Shown here piece after piece: positions 47,527 to 58,210 of a stretch of 64,000 bases of DNA. Source of the DNA: Dehalococcoidia bacterium (lineage in GTDB: Bacteria; Chloroflexota; Dehalococcoidia; DSTF01; JACRBR01); contig JBBRPY010000005.1 in the NCBI GenBank assembly GCA_038227375.1, forward strand, positions 457 to 64,456, written 5' to 3'. Below the pieces are notes generated by a model. The model had not been told where the DNA came from. It ran no database searches and saw only the letters and a list, made by a program, of their open reading frames with translations. The stretch's first letter is position 1. Each line of letters begins with the position of its first letter. Made by a program: the position numbers and the translations under genes.

Positions 47527-49416
47527 GTGACGTCCACCAGATTCGCCGAGCAGCTTGCGCAGGTCCCGACATCGCCGGGCGTTTATCTGATGCGCGGCGG
47601 CGAGGGGCAGGTGATCTACGTCGGGAAGGCGGCGAACCTCCGCAACCGCGTGCGCTCCTACTTCGGGGCGCCCGGCAGCATGGAGGGCAAGACCCGGGCG
47701 CTCTCGGCCTCGATCACCGACTTCGAGTACGTGGTGACGAACACCGAGCAGGAAGCGCTGCACCTCGAGGCGGAGCTGGTGAAGCGCCACCAGCCGCTCT
47801 TCAACATCCGCCTCAGGGACGACAAACACTACCCGTACCTCAAGGTGGACCTCACCGACCCCTGGCCGCGAGTCTACATAACGCGCCGGGTGGAGAAGGA
47901 CGGCGCGCGCTACTTCGGTCCCTATGCGAATGCCGGCTCAGTCCGCCGCACGCTCGACATCGTCAACAAGCTCTTCCCCTGGCGGTCCTGCACGAAGGTG
48001 ATCACCGGCGTCGACCCGCGGCCGTGCCTGGACTACTACATCAACCGCTGCATCGCGCCCTGCACGTCGTACTGCACGAAGGAGGAGTACGACGAGGTGA
48101 TCCGCCAGGTGATCCTCTTCCTCGAAGGCCGCACCGACGAGGTCGTGCGGGAGGTGACGCGCCAGATGGCCACCGCATCGGACGCGATGCAGTACGAGCG
48201 CGCCGCGCGCCTGCGCGACCAGCTCCAGGCGATGGCGCGCGTGACCGAGCGCCAGACCGTGGCCAGCACACGGCCCGCTGACGAGGACATCTTCGGAGTC
48301 GCGCGCGGCGATGACGACGCCGTCGTGCAGGTGCTCTTCGTGCGCGGCATCAAGATGGTCGGCGTCGACAGCTTCACGCTCGCGGGCACGAGAGATGAGA
48401 CCGACGCTGATGTGATGGCCAGCTTCGTCAAGCAGTTCTACGAGTCGGCGACGTACGTCCCCCGCCGCGTCATCGTGCCGGCGGAGCTGACCGATCACGC
48501 GCTGATCGAGAGCTGGCTCAGCGAGCGGCGCGGCACGAACGTCGAGCTGCTGGCGCCCCGGCGCGGGGAGAAGCGGCGCCTGGTCGAGATGGCGGCGAAC
48601 AACGCGCGCGAGACGCTCGACATGGCGCGCGTGAAGTGGCTGGCTGACACCAGAAAGACGCGGGCGGCGCTCGAAACCCTGCAGGAGGAGCTGGACCTGC
48701 CGGCCCTCCCGCATCGCATCGAGTGCTACGACATCTCGAACATCCAGGGGACGAACTCCGTGGGATCGATGGTCGTGTTCATCGACGGCCACCCGAGACC
48801 GCAGGAGTACCGCCGCTTTCGCATCAAGTCCGTCGTCGGCGCGAACGATTTCGCGTCGATGGCTGAGGTGTTGCGCAGGCGCTTTCGCCGCGCGCGAGAG
48901 AAACTCCTGCACGACACCGGCGCAAGGGCGCCTGACGTCGACACATCATCGTCGAACGGCGAACGCGCGGCCGCGGATGAGTCGTTCGCCGCGCTGCCGG
49001 ACCTCGTGATCATCGACGGCGGCAAAGGGCAGCTCTCGGCGGTGATGGACGTGATGCGCGAAATGGGCGTGAAGGGCATCCCCACCGTCGGTCTCGCGAA
49101 GCAGCACGAGGAAATCTGGGTGCAGGACGTGTCCGAGCCGATCGTGCTGGCGCGGCAGTCCCAGGCGCTGTATCTCGTGCAGCGCGTGCGCGACGAAGCC
49201 CACCGCTTCGCCATCACCTACCACCGGGGCCTGCGGAGCAAGGCGGGGATGCAGTCGGCGCTGGATACAATTCCGGGCGTCGGGCCGAAGCGCAAGAAGG
49301 CCTTGCTGAAGAAGTTCGGCTCGGTACGCGGCGTCCGGGAGGCGACGGTAGAAGACGTGGCGTCCACCGTGGGATTCACGACCGCGCTCGCCGTGAAGGT
49401 AAAGGCGGGCCTCTAA
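47527..49416 (+). CDS. uvrC: excinuclease ABC subunit C
   Basis: GIY-YIG N-terminus (GVYLMRGGEGQVIYVGKAANLRNRV), UvrBC interaction region, RNase H-like domain and a (HhH)2 C-terminus. GTG start at 47527. The ORF track start at 47341 lies inside the tRNA. Confidence 0.9.
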   Translation: MTSTRFAEQLAQVPTSPGVYLMRGGEGQVIYVGKAANLRNRVRSYFGAPGSMEGKTRALSASITDFEYVVTNTEQEALHLEAELVKRHQPLFNIRLRDDKHYPYLKVDLTDPWPRVYITRRVEKDGARYFGPYANAGSVRRTLDIVNKLFPWRSCTKVITGVDPRPCLDYYINRCIAPCTSYCTKEEYDEVIRQVILFLEGRTDEVVREVTRQMATASDAMQYERAARLRDQLQAMARVTERQTVASTRPADEDIFGVARGDDDAVVQVLFVRGIKMVGVDSFTLAGTRDETDADVMASFVKQFYESATYVPRRVIVPAELTDHALIESWLSERRGTNVELLAPRRGEKRRLVEMAANNARETLDMARVKWLADTRKTRAALETLQEELDLPALPHRIECYDISNIQGTNSVGSMVVFIDGHPRPQEYRRFRIKSVVGANDFASMAEVLRRRFRRAREKLLHDTGARAPDVDTSSSNGERAAADESFAALPDLVIIDGGKGQLSAVMDVMREMGVKGIPTVGLAKQHEEIWVQDVSEPIVLARQSQALYLVQRVRDEAHRFAITYHRGLRSKAGMQSALDTIPGVGPKRKKALLKKFGSVRGVREATVEDVASTVGFTTALAVKVKAGL

Positions 49417-50126
49417 TGGAGGAGAGCCCGCTGCGGGCAGCCGATTCTTACGATCCCGGATTGGCCCGCGCCCGGGAGGAGATGCTGCGCCTCGTGCGCC
49501 GCTATGTGCGGGATCCGCGCGTCATCGAGGCGATGGCGGCCGTCCCGCGCGAGCGCTTCGTACCCGACGAGCAGCGTGCGCGTGCGTATGACGACGCCGC
49601 GCTGTCGATCGGCGAACGCCAGACCATCTCACAGCCGCTGATCGTCGCGCTGATGCTCGACGCGCTCCAGCTTCGCGCCGGTGACCGTGTGCTGGAAGTC
49701 GGCACGGGCTCCGGCTATCAGGCGGCGCTCCTGTCGCAGCTCGCGGCGCACGTGGTCACAGTCGAACGGCTGCCGCTTCTGGCGCAGCGCGCGCGGTCGG
49801 CGCTTGCCGCGGCGGGGGCGGACAACGTGCGCGTCGTTGACGCCGCCGTTCTTGGCTTCCCCGCAGAAGCGCCCTACGACGCCATCGTCGTCGCCGCGGC
49901 CGCGCCACACGTGCCACGCTCGCTCGTCGCGCAGCTCGCCGAAGGTGGTGGGCGGATGGTGCTGCCGATCGGCGCGCGTTCGTCGCAGGAGTTGGTGCGC
50001 GTCAGCAAGACACCGCACGGTGTCGCGCTCGCCCGGCTCGGGCCGTGCGTCTTCGTGCCGCTGATCGGCGACGAGGGGTGGCCCGACCGCAGCGGCATCG
50101 CCGACGATCAGCGCATCCTGCGATAA
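49416..50126 (+). CDS. pcm: protein-L-isoaspartate O-methyltransferase
   Basis: SQPLIVALMLDAL...VLEVGTGSGYQAALL signature. Overlaps the uvrC stop. Confidence 0.85.
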   Translation: MEESPLRAADSYDPGLARAREEMLRLVRRYVRDPRVIEAMAAVPRERFVPDEQRARAYDDAALSIGERQTISQPLIVALMLDALQLRAGDRVLEVGTGSGYQAALLSQLAAHVVTVERLPLLAQRARSALAAAGADNVRVVDAAVLGFPAEAPYDAIVVAAAAPHVPRSLVAQLAEGGGRMVLPIGARSSQELVRVSKTPHGVALARLGPCVFVPLIGDEGWPDRSGIADDQRILR

Positions 50127-50200
50127 CATCTGCTGATGCGCTTGCCTTCCACGCATTTTGTGTTCGTATCGAAACGTGGGGAAAATGTGTAGGCCACTGG

Positions 50201-50228
50201 CTAGACACTTGCCCATCACGTGTTACAA
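50201..50228 (+). promoter_or_regulatory. candidate sigma70 promoter TAGACA-N16-TACAAT upstream of xerD
   Basis: Located in the lower-GC spacer 50130-50283. Confidence 0.35.
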
Positions 50229-50283
50229 TCGCCCTGCAATTCTCCCTTTCTTGCAGCAATATTCTCACCATTGCGAGGGCACA

Positions 50284-51207
50284 ATGGATGATCACATTGG
50301 GCATTTCCTTAACTTCATGTCGGTGGAGAAAGGTGCGTCCGGCAACACTGTCTCGGCATACAAAAATGACCTGCAGCAGTTCGACGTCTACGTCACCTCG
50401 ATCCACGGCAACGGCACGAAGGCTCGCGATTGGGATCGCGTCGAGCGCGATCTGATCATCAACTACCTGCTGAACCTGCGTAGCCAGAAGCACGATGGCA
50501 AGGGCTACGCGGAAGCGACCGTCGCCCGCAAAGTCGCGGCGATGAAGTCGTTCTTCCAGTACATGCAGGCCGAAGGTCTGATCCAGGGCAACCCGACCGA
50601 AAGCCTGGAGTCGCCGCGCGTCGGCCGCTCGCTGCCGAAGCCGCTGTCCGTGACCGAGGTGGACGAGCTGCTGGAACAGACGATGAAGCGCAGCACGCCG
50701 GAAGCAAAGCGCGACCGCGCGATGCTCGAGTTGCTCTACGCGACCGGCCTTCGCGTCACCGAGCTGGTATCGCTGGACGTCGCGGACATCAACATGCACG
50801 GGCTCTATGTCCGCTGCATGGGGAAGGGCTCGAAGGAGCGGACGATCCCCTTCCTCGAGCAATCAGGCGCAGCGGTCGAGGATTATCTGAACGACGCGCG
50901 CGCGGCCCTCGTGAAGAACCGCAAGGAAGATGCGCTCTTCGTGAACCGGCGCGGCGAGCGGCTGACCCGGCAGGGGTTCTGGCTGATCCTGAAACAGTAC
51001 GCGCGGGACGCGAACATCACCTCGTCGGTGACGCCGCATACCTTGCGGCACTCCTTTGCCACTCATATGATCAGGGGCGGAATGAACCTGCGCGTCGTCC
51101 AGGAACTGCTCGGGCATGCCAATATTTCCACGACGCAGGTCTACACGCACGTCGGCGACGAGCACGTCCGCCAGGTGTACGAGAAAGCCCACCCTCGCGC
51201 CCGATAG
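50284..51207 (+). CDS. xerD: site-specific tyrosine recombinase XerC/XerD family
   Basis: MDDHIGHFLNFMSVEKGASGNTVSAYKNDL N-terminal SAM-like domain. Catalytic R..HxxR..Y (LRHSFATHMIRGG...TQVYTHV). Confidence 0.85.
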   Translation: MDDHIGHFLNFMSVEKGASGNTVSAYKNDLQQFDVYVTSIHGNGTKARDWDRVERDLIINYLLNLRSQKHDGKGYAEATVARKVAAMKSFFQYMQAEGLIQGNPTESLESPRVGRSLPKPLSVTEVDELLEQTMKRSTPEAKRDRAMLELLYATGLRVTELVSLDVADINMHGLYVRCMGKGSKERTIPFLEQSGAAVEDYLNDARAALVKNRKEDALFVNRRGERLTRQGFWLILKQYARDANITSSVTPHTLRHSFATHMIRGGMNLRVVQELLGHANISTTQVYTHVGDEHVRQVYEKAHPRAR

Positions 51208-53200
51208 GGGTCCGCGAACCAGCAGCCGTCACGGCCGCCTCCTGCTCGGGGCGGCCGTCTCGTTATGTGCGGCTGCCGTGATGCTCGCCGCGTGCAGCGG
51301 CTCGAAGAAGGGACGGGCGCCGACAGACACGCCGGGCGCCGGCAGCGGCGCCACCGCCACGGCTGCGGTGTCACCTCCTGCGCCCGCGGCGACCGTACCG
51401 GCGCAGAATGCCGAGCTCTCAGGGCAGATAGGCGTCCGCGCGGCGCTGCCCTTGAATCGACCGATTGACCTCGCAGCGGCATACGGTCGCACGCGCGGGC
51501 CCGCGCCCGCCGCCAAGCCATTCGCCGGCGAAGCGAACCTCGGTGACCATCGCGCCTTCACGGTGGTGGAGCTTTCGACGGGTGTGCTCGAAGGGACAGC
51601 GCCGCCCGGCGTTCGCGCGATCGACGGCGTCTTGCTGGGCAAGAGTGCGCACGCCTACTTCTACCAGGACGCGGCGATCGGCTCCGAAGCGGCGAGCGTC
51701 CAGGCCGCGGCCGACCTGTTCGAGGCGACGGTCTGGCCCACCGTCATCGGCGTGTTCGGCGAGCCCGCGGCTCCGGGCGTCGATGGCGACCCACGGATCA
51801 TCGTCCTCCAGGCGGACCTCGGCGGCGCCGCCGGCGGCTACTTCCAGACGGACGACCTCTACCTGCGGGCGGTGCATCCGCTCAGCAACGAGGCCGAGAT
51901 GGTGTACATCGACCGCACCCTCAAGCCCGGGACGGCGGCGTTCAACGTCGTGCTCGCGCATGAGTTCCAGCACCTGATCCACGCCAGGAACGACATCGCG
52001 GAGGAGTCGTGGGTGAACGAAGGCCTGTCGGAGGATGCGTCCGGGCTTGTCGGCGCCGCCGTTTCGTCGGTGAACTCCTTTGAGGCGCACCCGGAGACGC
52101 AGCTCAACGACTGGACGAGCACCCTCGTACACTACGGGGCCGGCGCGGCGTTCTTCCGCTACTTCGCCAGCCGCTGCGGTGGCGACCCGACGCTCGGCGC
52201 GCTCGCCCGCGCGCAGCAGCACGGGGCGGCCGGCGTCGACGAAGTGCTCGCGTCGATGGGCCAGCCGCTGCCCTTCCGCGATGTCTTCGCCGACTGGGCG
52301 GCCGCCAACATCCTGAATCGCGACGACGGCCCCTATGGGAACCCCGGTCATCCGCTCGACCTCCGCATCAACGACGAGCTGACGGCAGGCGCGGCGGTGG
52401 ACGGCACGGCGGCGCAGTTCGGCACCAACTACTACCGGCTGGGTGGCCTCGACCAGGGCGAGTACACGCTCCGGTTCGACGGCCAGCCGGGTGTGCGCGT
52501 GCTGCCGACCGACCCGCCACCTGGGAGCAGCGCCATGCTCTGGGGGAACGCCGAGGACGGCATCGATACGCGCCTGACGCGCGCCGTCGACCTCACCGGC
52601 GCTACGGACCCGGTGCTGACCTTCCAGACGTGGTTCGACATGGAGCGCTGGTACGACTGGGGGTACGTCGCCGTCTCGACGGATGGCGGTGCGAGCTGGC
52701 AGGCGCTGCCCGGCGGCCGCTCCAGCGCCAGCGACCCCGTCCAGGTGGCACTGGGGCCGGGATATACCGGCAAGAGCGGCGATGGCGCCGACCCGGCGTG
52801 GGTGACCGAGCGCGTCAGCCTGGCGAAGTACGCCGGACAGAAGGTGCTGGTCCGGTTCGAGTACGTGACCGATGGTGGCACGCACCGAGAGGGCTGGTCC
52901 ATCGCGAACGTGGCGATCGAGGGCACGAGCTTCCGCGACCCGACGCTCAGCGACCCCGAATGGCAGTCCGAGGGCTGGGTGCGCATCGACCGCCCGCTGC
53001 CGCAGACCTACGTCGTGCGGCTGATCGAGAGTCGCGCGGACGGCACCGCAAGCGTCCTCGACGTCCCGCTGGACGCCGCCAACCGCGGCGTGCTGCGCTT
53101 CTCCGCCGCGGGCGTCGAAAGCGCGACGCTTGCCATCGCCGGCAGCACCGAGGGCACTAATCAGAAGGCGGCGTATCGGATGGAGCTGGGACGGCCGTAG
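51116..53200 (+). CDS. putative secreted/lipoprotein zinc metalloprotease (HExxH)
   Basis: Lipobox-type signal LLLGAAVSLCAAAVMLAAC. HEFQHLIH zinc-binding motif with a downstream E. The start is uncertain: the only canonical in-frame start before the signal is ATG 51116, which overlaps the xerD 3' end by 92 nt. A CTG at 51242 is the alternative. Confidence 0.6.
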   Translation: MPIFPRRRSTRTSATSTSARCTRKPTLAPDRGPRTSSRHGRLLLGAAVSLCAAAVMLAACSGSKKGRAPTDTPGAGSGATATAAVSPPAPAATVPAQNAELSGQIGVRAALPLNRPIDLAAAYGRTRGPAPAAKPFAGEANLGDHRAFTVVELSTGVLEGTAPPGVRAIDGVLLGKSAHAYFYQDAAIGSEAASVQAAADLFEATVWPTVIGVFGEPAAPGVDGDPRIIVLQADLGGAAGGYFQTDDLYLRAVHPLSNEAEMVYIDRTLKPGTAAFNVVLAHEFQHLIHARNDIAEESWVNEGLSEDASGLVGAAVSSVNSFEAHPETQLNDWTSTLVHYGAGAAFFRYFASRCGGDPTLGALARAQQHGAAGVDEVLASMGQPLPFRDVFADWAAANILNRDDGPYGNPGHPLDLRINDELTAGAAVDGTAAQFGTNYYRLGGLDQGEYTLRFDGQPGVRVLPTDPPPGSSAMLWGNAEDGIDTRLTRAVDLTGATDPVLTFQTWFDMERWYDWGYVAVSTDGGASWQALPGGRSSASDPVQVALGPGYTGKSGDGADPAWVTERVSLAKYAGQKVLVRFEYVTDGGTHREGWSIANVAIEGTSFRDPTLSDPEWQSEGWVRIDRPLPQTYVVRLIESRADGTASVLDVPLDAANRGVLRFSAAGVESATLAIAGSTEGTNQKAAYRMELGRP

Positions 53201-53207
53201 CGCCTGG

Positions 53208-53270
53208 GCTGTTGGAGGCTGGAGGCTGGAGGCTGGGGTGTCGGAAGTCGGAAGTCGGAGGTCTGCAGGC
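53208..53270. repeat. STRR-like heptamer arrays (GCTGGAG)x4 and (GTCGGAA/G)x3
   Basis: gctgttggaggctggaggctggaggctgggg tgtcggaagtcggaagtcggaggtctgcagg. Confidence 0.75.
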
Positions 53271-53302
53271 GTTTGGGGCGAGCGAGATGCTTTTCAATGG
53301 CG

Positions 53303-54726
<1,424 letters not shown>

Positions 54727-54763
54727 GCCGCCGTGGTTTTCGGGCGGGCTCGGCGCTATGAAG

Positions 54764-54985
54764 TGGCGGATGTTAGATGTTGGATGTTGGCGGGGATCGG
54801 CCGGCGCCTTGGGCGCGAGCATTGGCTCCAGGCTTGCGTGCGAACTGGGCTCCCGGTGGGCGAGCCGGGCGCGGTCGAGTTGCGGATGTTGGATGTTGGG
54901 GGGGACGGCCGGCGGCCTGGGTGCGAGCATTGGCGCCAGGCCTTGCGGGTGAACCTTGGCTGCGCGAGCTAGGCGCGGTCGAGTT
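54764..54985. repeat. minisatellite: two ~105-115-bp direct tandem units, each beginning GCGGATGTT(A/G)GATGTTGG and ending GGCGCGGTCGAGTT
   Basis: Unit 1 is ~54764-54881 and unit 2 is ~54882-54985, about 85% identical. A third, truncated unit merges into the hairpin element at 54999-55053. Confidence 0.7.
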
Positions 54986-54998
54986 GCGGATGTTTTAA

Positions 54999-55053
54999 GT
55001 TAGATGTTGGAGGTTGGAGGGGCTCGGCCAACTAACATCCAACATCTAACATC
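54999..55053. repeat. palindromic heptamer-built element, copy 2, downstream of eno (same stem sequence as 53303-53376)
   Basis: gttagatgttggaggttggagg ggctcggcc aactaacatccaacatctaacatc. Confidence 0.65.
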
Positions 55054-55061
55054 GACCGCTT

Positions 55062-55079
55062 CCCGGAGAAGTCTCCGGG
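55062..55079. terminator. GC hairpin CCCGGAG-aagt-CTCCGGG, a candidate (bidirectional) terminator
   Basis: 7-bp perfect stem ~50 nt downstream of the minus-strand ACAD gene stop. There is no U-tract, which is common in high-GC genomes. Confidence 0.35.
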
Positions 55080-55125
55080 ACGAGTGACCGCCCCGACGAC
55101 CGATGACCGACGACTGGTCCCACCG

Positions 55126-56289
55126 TTAGACCATCGGCGACGAGGGCTCCAGCCCAAGCAGCACCTTGCCGGCGGTCTCGTAGTTCGCCGGGGCCAGCAT
55201 CACATGCTGAGTCGCGGCATGCGCATCGCGCAGGCAGCGCTGGAGCACGCTCTTCTCGTACAGGGCCGTGCCGCCGCCGAGCGTGTACGCCATATCGACG
55301 GCGCGCGCCGACTCCAGCGCCGCGTGGGCGCAGGCCATCCGCAGGAGCGCCCGATCGCGCATGGTCGCCTGGTCGCCGGCGACGACCTTCGCCCAGATCT
55401 CCCCGGTGATCTCGTAGAGCCAGGCGCGCGCCGACCTCAGCGCCGCCTCGGCGCGGGCGAGCTCGTACTGCGTGATCCCCTTGTCCCGCAGCTTGCTGAA
55501 GCTTCCCATCGGCGTCTTCGCGCTCGCCAACTCTGCCAGCTCGTTCAGCGCCCGGCGGGCTATGCCGAGCGGGATCGGGGCGATCGTCAGCGCCAGGAAG
55601 CCGAGGACGGGGAAACGGTACAGCGGCCCATCCACCACCGGACGCGAGGACATGAATCCAATCGCTCGGTCGTCCGGTACGAACACGTCCTTAACCGCCA
55701 TGTCGCGGCTTCCCGTGCCGCGCAGGCCCGAGACGTGCCAGGTGTCGATGATCTCGACCTGCTCGGCCGGAAACACCATCGTCCGCCAGTCGGGCATGCT
55801 GGCAGAGAGCATCCGCGGCTGGTCGCCGTCGAAGATCAGCGTGCCGCCGACGAGCCATGAGCAGTGTGTGCAGCCGCTCGCGAAGGGCCAGCGCCCGCTG
55901 ACGCGGAAGCCGCCTTCGACCGGCGTCGCGCGGCCGTTGGGCGCCATCGCGCCGCCGGTGACGACGCCCTGGTGGAACACATCAGGCGCCGTCGCCTCGG
56001 GCATATACGCCGCGATGATGCTGGTGCCACAGCCGATGCCGACCACCCACGACGTCGAGCCATCAGCGACCGCCAGCTCTTCGAGTACGCGCAGCATCGT
56101 CACGATGTCTACTTCGAGGCCGCCGTACTTCCGGGGCAGGATCATGTCGAAGAGTCGCCGCTCGTGGAGGACTTGCACGAGCTTGGGCGGGCACTGCCGC
56201 CCGCGCTCGGCCTCATCGGCGAAGGAGCGCACCGTGTCCGCCAGCTCCGCCGCGGCGCCGATCATGTCTGGTGGTGAGGATGTCGCCAT
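55126..56289 (-). CDS. acyl-CoA dehydrogenase family protein (flavin-dependent monooxygenase-like)
   Basis: 387 aa with an ACAD N/M/C domain pattern (RKYGGLEVD...SGRWPFASGCTH...). Confidence 0.8.
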   Translation of the reverse strand: MATSSPPDMIGAAAELADTVRSFADEAERGRQCPPKLVQVLHERRLFDMILPRKYGGLEVDIVTMLRVLEELAVADGSTSWVVGIGCGTSIIAAYMPEATAPDVFHQGVVTGGAMAPNGRATPVEGGFRVSGRWPFASGCTHCSWLVGGTLIFDGDQPRMLSASMPDWRTMVFPAEQVEIIDTWHVSGLRGTGSRDMAVKDVFVPDDRAIGFMSSRPVVDGPLYRFPVLGFLALTIAPIPLGIARRALNELAELASAKTPMGSFSKLRDKGITQYELARAEAALRSARAWLYEITGEIWAKVVAGDQATMRDRALLRMACAHAALESARAVDMAYTLGGGTALYEKSVLQRCLRDAHAATQHVMLAPANYETAGKVLLGLEPSSPMV

Positions 56290-56343
56290 GCGGGGCTCCT
56301 GCGCTGCGGCACTGCCGGTGCCCGAGTATACGCACGCCTGGTC

Positions 56344-56399
56344 GTTGGAGGCTGGAGGTTGGAGGCTGGAGGTTGGAGGTTGGAGGTTGGAGGTTGGAT
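56344..56399. repeat. STRR-like heptamer array (GTTGGAG/GCTGGAG)x8
   Basis: gttggaggctggaggttggaggctggaggttggaggttggaggttggaggttggatg. Confidence 0.8.
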
Positions 56400-56425
56400 G
56401 CCTGGCGGACGCCGATCACCGGCGA

Positions 56426-56475
56426 GCCCTCACCCCGCCCTTCGGGCAACCCTCTCCCAGGAGGGAGAGGGGATC
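56426..56475. repeat. REP-like hairpin element, direct copy (CCCTCTCCC-agga-GGGAGAGGG)
   Basis: GCCCTCACCCCGCCCTTCGGGCAACCCTCTCCCAGGAGGGAGAGGGGATC. Confidence 0.5.
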
Positions 56476-56514
56476 GCACGCGATTGGTGGTGCGAAAATG
56501 TTGGCGCCTTCGCC

Positions 56515-56600
56515 CCCGACGACTCACGACCGACGACCGTCGCCCCCACGACTGCCGACCGGCGCCGACGACGCCGACCGACGACCGACGACCGGCTGAT
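56515..56600. repeat. heptamer arrays of the CGACGAC/GACGACC type
   Basis: cgacgactcacgaccgacgaccg...gccgaccgacgaccgacgaccgg. A similar array lies at 55084-55117 on the other side of the ACAD gene. Confidence 0.5.
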
Positions 56601-56612
56601 AAACTGCACACC

Positions 56613-57320
56613 GTGAATTCGCATTCCCTGCCCGATCACTACGCCACCCTCAACGTGCATCCGGATGCTACCGATGCCGAGATCAAGCGCAGCTACCGGA
56701 AGCTGATGCGCGCGGTGCATCCGGACGCGAACAAGAGCGACCCGAATGCGAACCAGAAGGCGGCGGCGCTCAACCACGCCTTCGAGACGCTCGGCGACCC
56801 AGCGAAGCGCCGCCTCTACGACGACGAGCGCGGCCGCAAGAGTGTCCGCCGGTACGAGGCCTGGGCCGAGCAGCCCGACTGGGAGGACATCGTCGCCGAA
56901 CAGGCGGTGCGGCCGCGCAAACCGAAGCACGTCCACACCGACGACCCCACCATCGAACCGGCCGAGATCGAGGTCGACATGTCGGAGCTGCGCGAGCGGC
57001 CGCGCGTCCGCCGGGCGATTACGGTGACGAATCATTGTGCTTGCACGCTGGCAGGCGACGTCTCGACGTCGGAGCCGTGGGTGTGGGGCCCCGTGGGCGA
57101 AATCCGCATTGGCCCGCACGCGAGCGCCACGTTCGATGTCGAGGTGATCGCGCGCAAGGTCGCCTTCCCCGGCATCTCCCGCGCCATCTTCGTCACCCGC
57201 GACTGGAGTGGCGTCGTGCCGGTGAAGGTGACCGGGTACGAGCCGCGGCGGCGGCGCGTGCCGACGGCCGCCGATATGGCGTATGCCCCCGCTCGCCGCC
57301 GCCGCTGGGTCCGTCGCTGA
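56613..57320 (+). CDS. J-domain protein (DnaJ-like N-terminus, unknown C-terminal domain)
   Basis: DHYATLNVHPDATDAEIKRSYRKLMRAVHPDAN carries the HPD motif. GTG start at 56613 chosen from the homology, since the upstream ORF extension is repeat-derived. Confidence 0.75.
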   Translation: MNSHSLPDHYATLNVHPDATDAEIKRSYRKLMRAVHPDANKSDPNANQKAAALNHAFETLGDPAKRRLYDDERGRKSVRRYEAWAEQPDWEDIVAEQAVRPRKPKHVHTDDPTIEPAEIEVDMSELRERPRVRRAITVTNHCACTLAGDVSTSEPWVWGPVGEIRIGPHASATFDVEVIARKVAFPGISRAIFVTRDWSGVVPVKVTGYEPRRRRVPTAADMAYAPARRRRWVRR

Positions 57321-58210
57321 TGATGCAGCCGCCGCTCCCCACGCCCGGCCAGCGCGTCAGCGGCATCGACATCCCGGAGACGTTCGCGCTGCCGGGCAAG
57401 CCGGACGAATCGGCTCCCGCCGCCGTCCGCGGCGCCTACCGCCAGACGCAATTTGCGCTCGGCAAGGACCTGCGCCTTTTCGCGGAGGGCATGAACCTGC
57501 AGCTGGCGATCCTGCGCGACTCGTCGCACTCGCGCTACCGCACGCACGCCTATGCCGCCGTCGTTGGCGCGTGGTCGCGGGCGTACATGGCCCTCGGCGA
57601 TGCGGCGCTGCTGGTCACGCGCGGCTCCTACGCGTCGGCGCCGAACGTCGTGCGGTCGGTGTGCGAGCTGATCGCCGCCGAGCATCAGCTGCAACGCGAA
57701 GAGATGCCCGAGTTCGTCGGCTGGATGCTGGGCCATCTGAAGCCGGATGAAGAGCACAAGGCGTTCGACATCGGTCTCGGCCACTACTTCGCCGGGACGA
57801 CGCTAGCCGCCGATGCCGAGTTGCGGCTGCTCTATCGCGCCGCGAGTGACCTCGGCCGCCCCAACTTCGGCGCCACCCTGTTGGCGGCCGGACCGGAGTC
57901 GAACAACCTGCGTCTGGCGCTGAACTTCGCCGACCCGTCGTTCCACTTCGGCTGGGCCGAGATCGAGCTGGGCTGGTTGCTCCGCCTCTGCGAGCGGCAG
58001 CTCGCGGTGGCGGTGCATATGCCGGAGGTGCTGAACATCACCGCCGATACCCACACCGCCTATGCGGCGTACGGCGCCCGGGTGCAAGAGACGCTGTCGA
58101 ACCCCGCCCGCGCCCGCATCGAGGAAGTGCAGTCGGGCGAATTCAAGCGCTGGCTGGTCCACAACTTCCGCCGCCAGCCGTCCGGCGCGCCGAAGAAGAT
58201 GCTGCTGTAG
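57320..58210 (+). CDS. hypothetical protein, translationally coupled to the J-domain gene
   Basis: 296 aa. ATGATG overlaps the TGA of the J-domain gene. Coherent composition with no motifs. Confidence 0.55.
   Translation: MMQPPLPTPGQRVSGIDIPETFALPGKPDESAPAAVRGAYRQTQFALGKDLRLFAEGMNLQLAILRDSSHSRYRTHAYAAVVGAWSRAYMALGDAALLVTRGSYASAPNVVRSVCELIAAEHQLQREEMPEFVGWMLGHLKPDEEHKAFDIGLGHYFAGTTLAADAELRLLYRAASDLGRPNFGATLLAAGPESNNLRLALNFADPSFHFGWAEIELGWLLRLCERQLAVAVHMPEVLNITADTHTAYAAYGARVQETLSNPARARIEEVQSGEFKRWLVHNFRRQPSGAPKKMLL

Noticed and set aside
51419-52885. 488-aa minus-strand ORF antisense to the metalloprotease gene
   Set aside because: R/G/A-rich antisense composition.
54764-55053. Tandem direct repeats after eno, considered as a possible CRISPR array
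   Set aside because: Units are ~105-115 bp and ~85% identical along their whole length, with no short conserved repeat alternating with unique spacers. There are no cas genes. Better described as a minisatellite.
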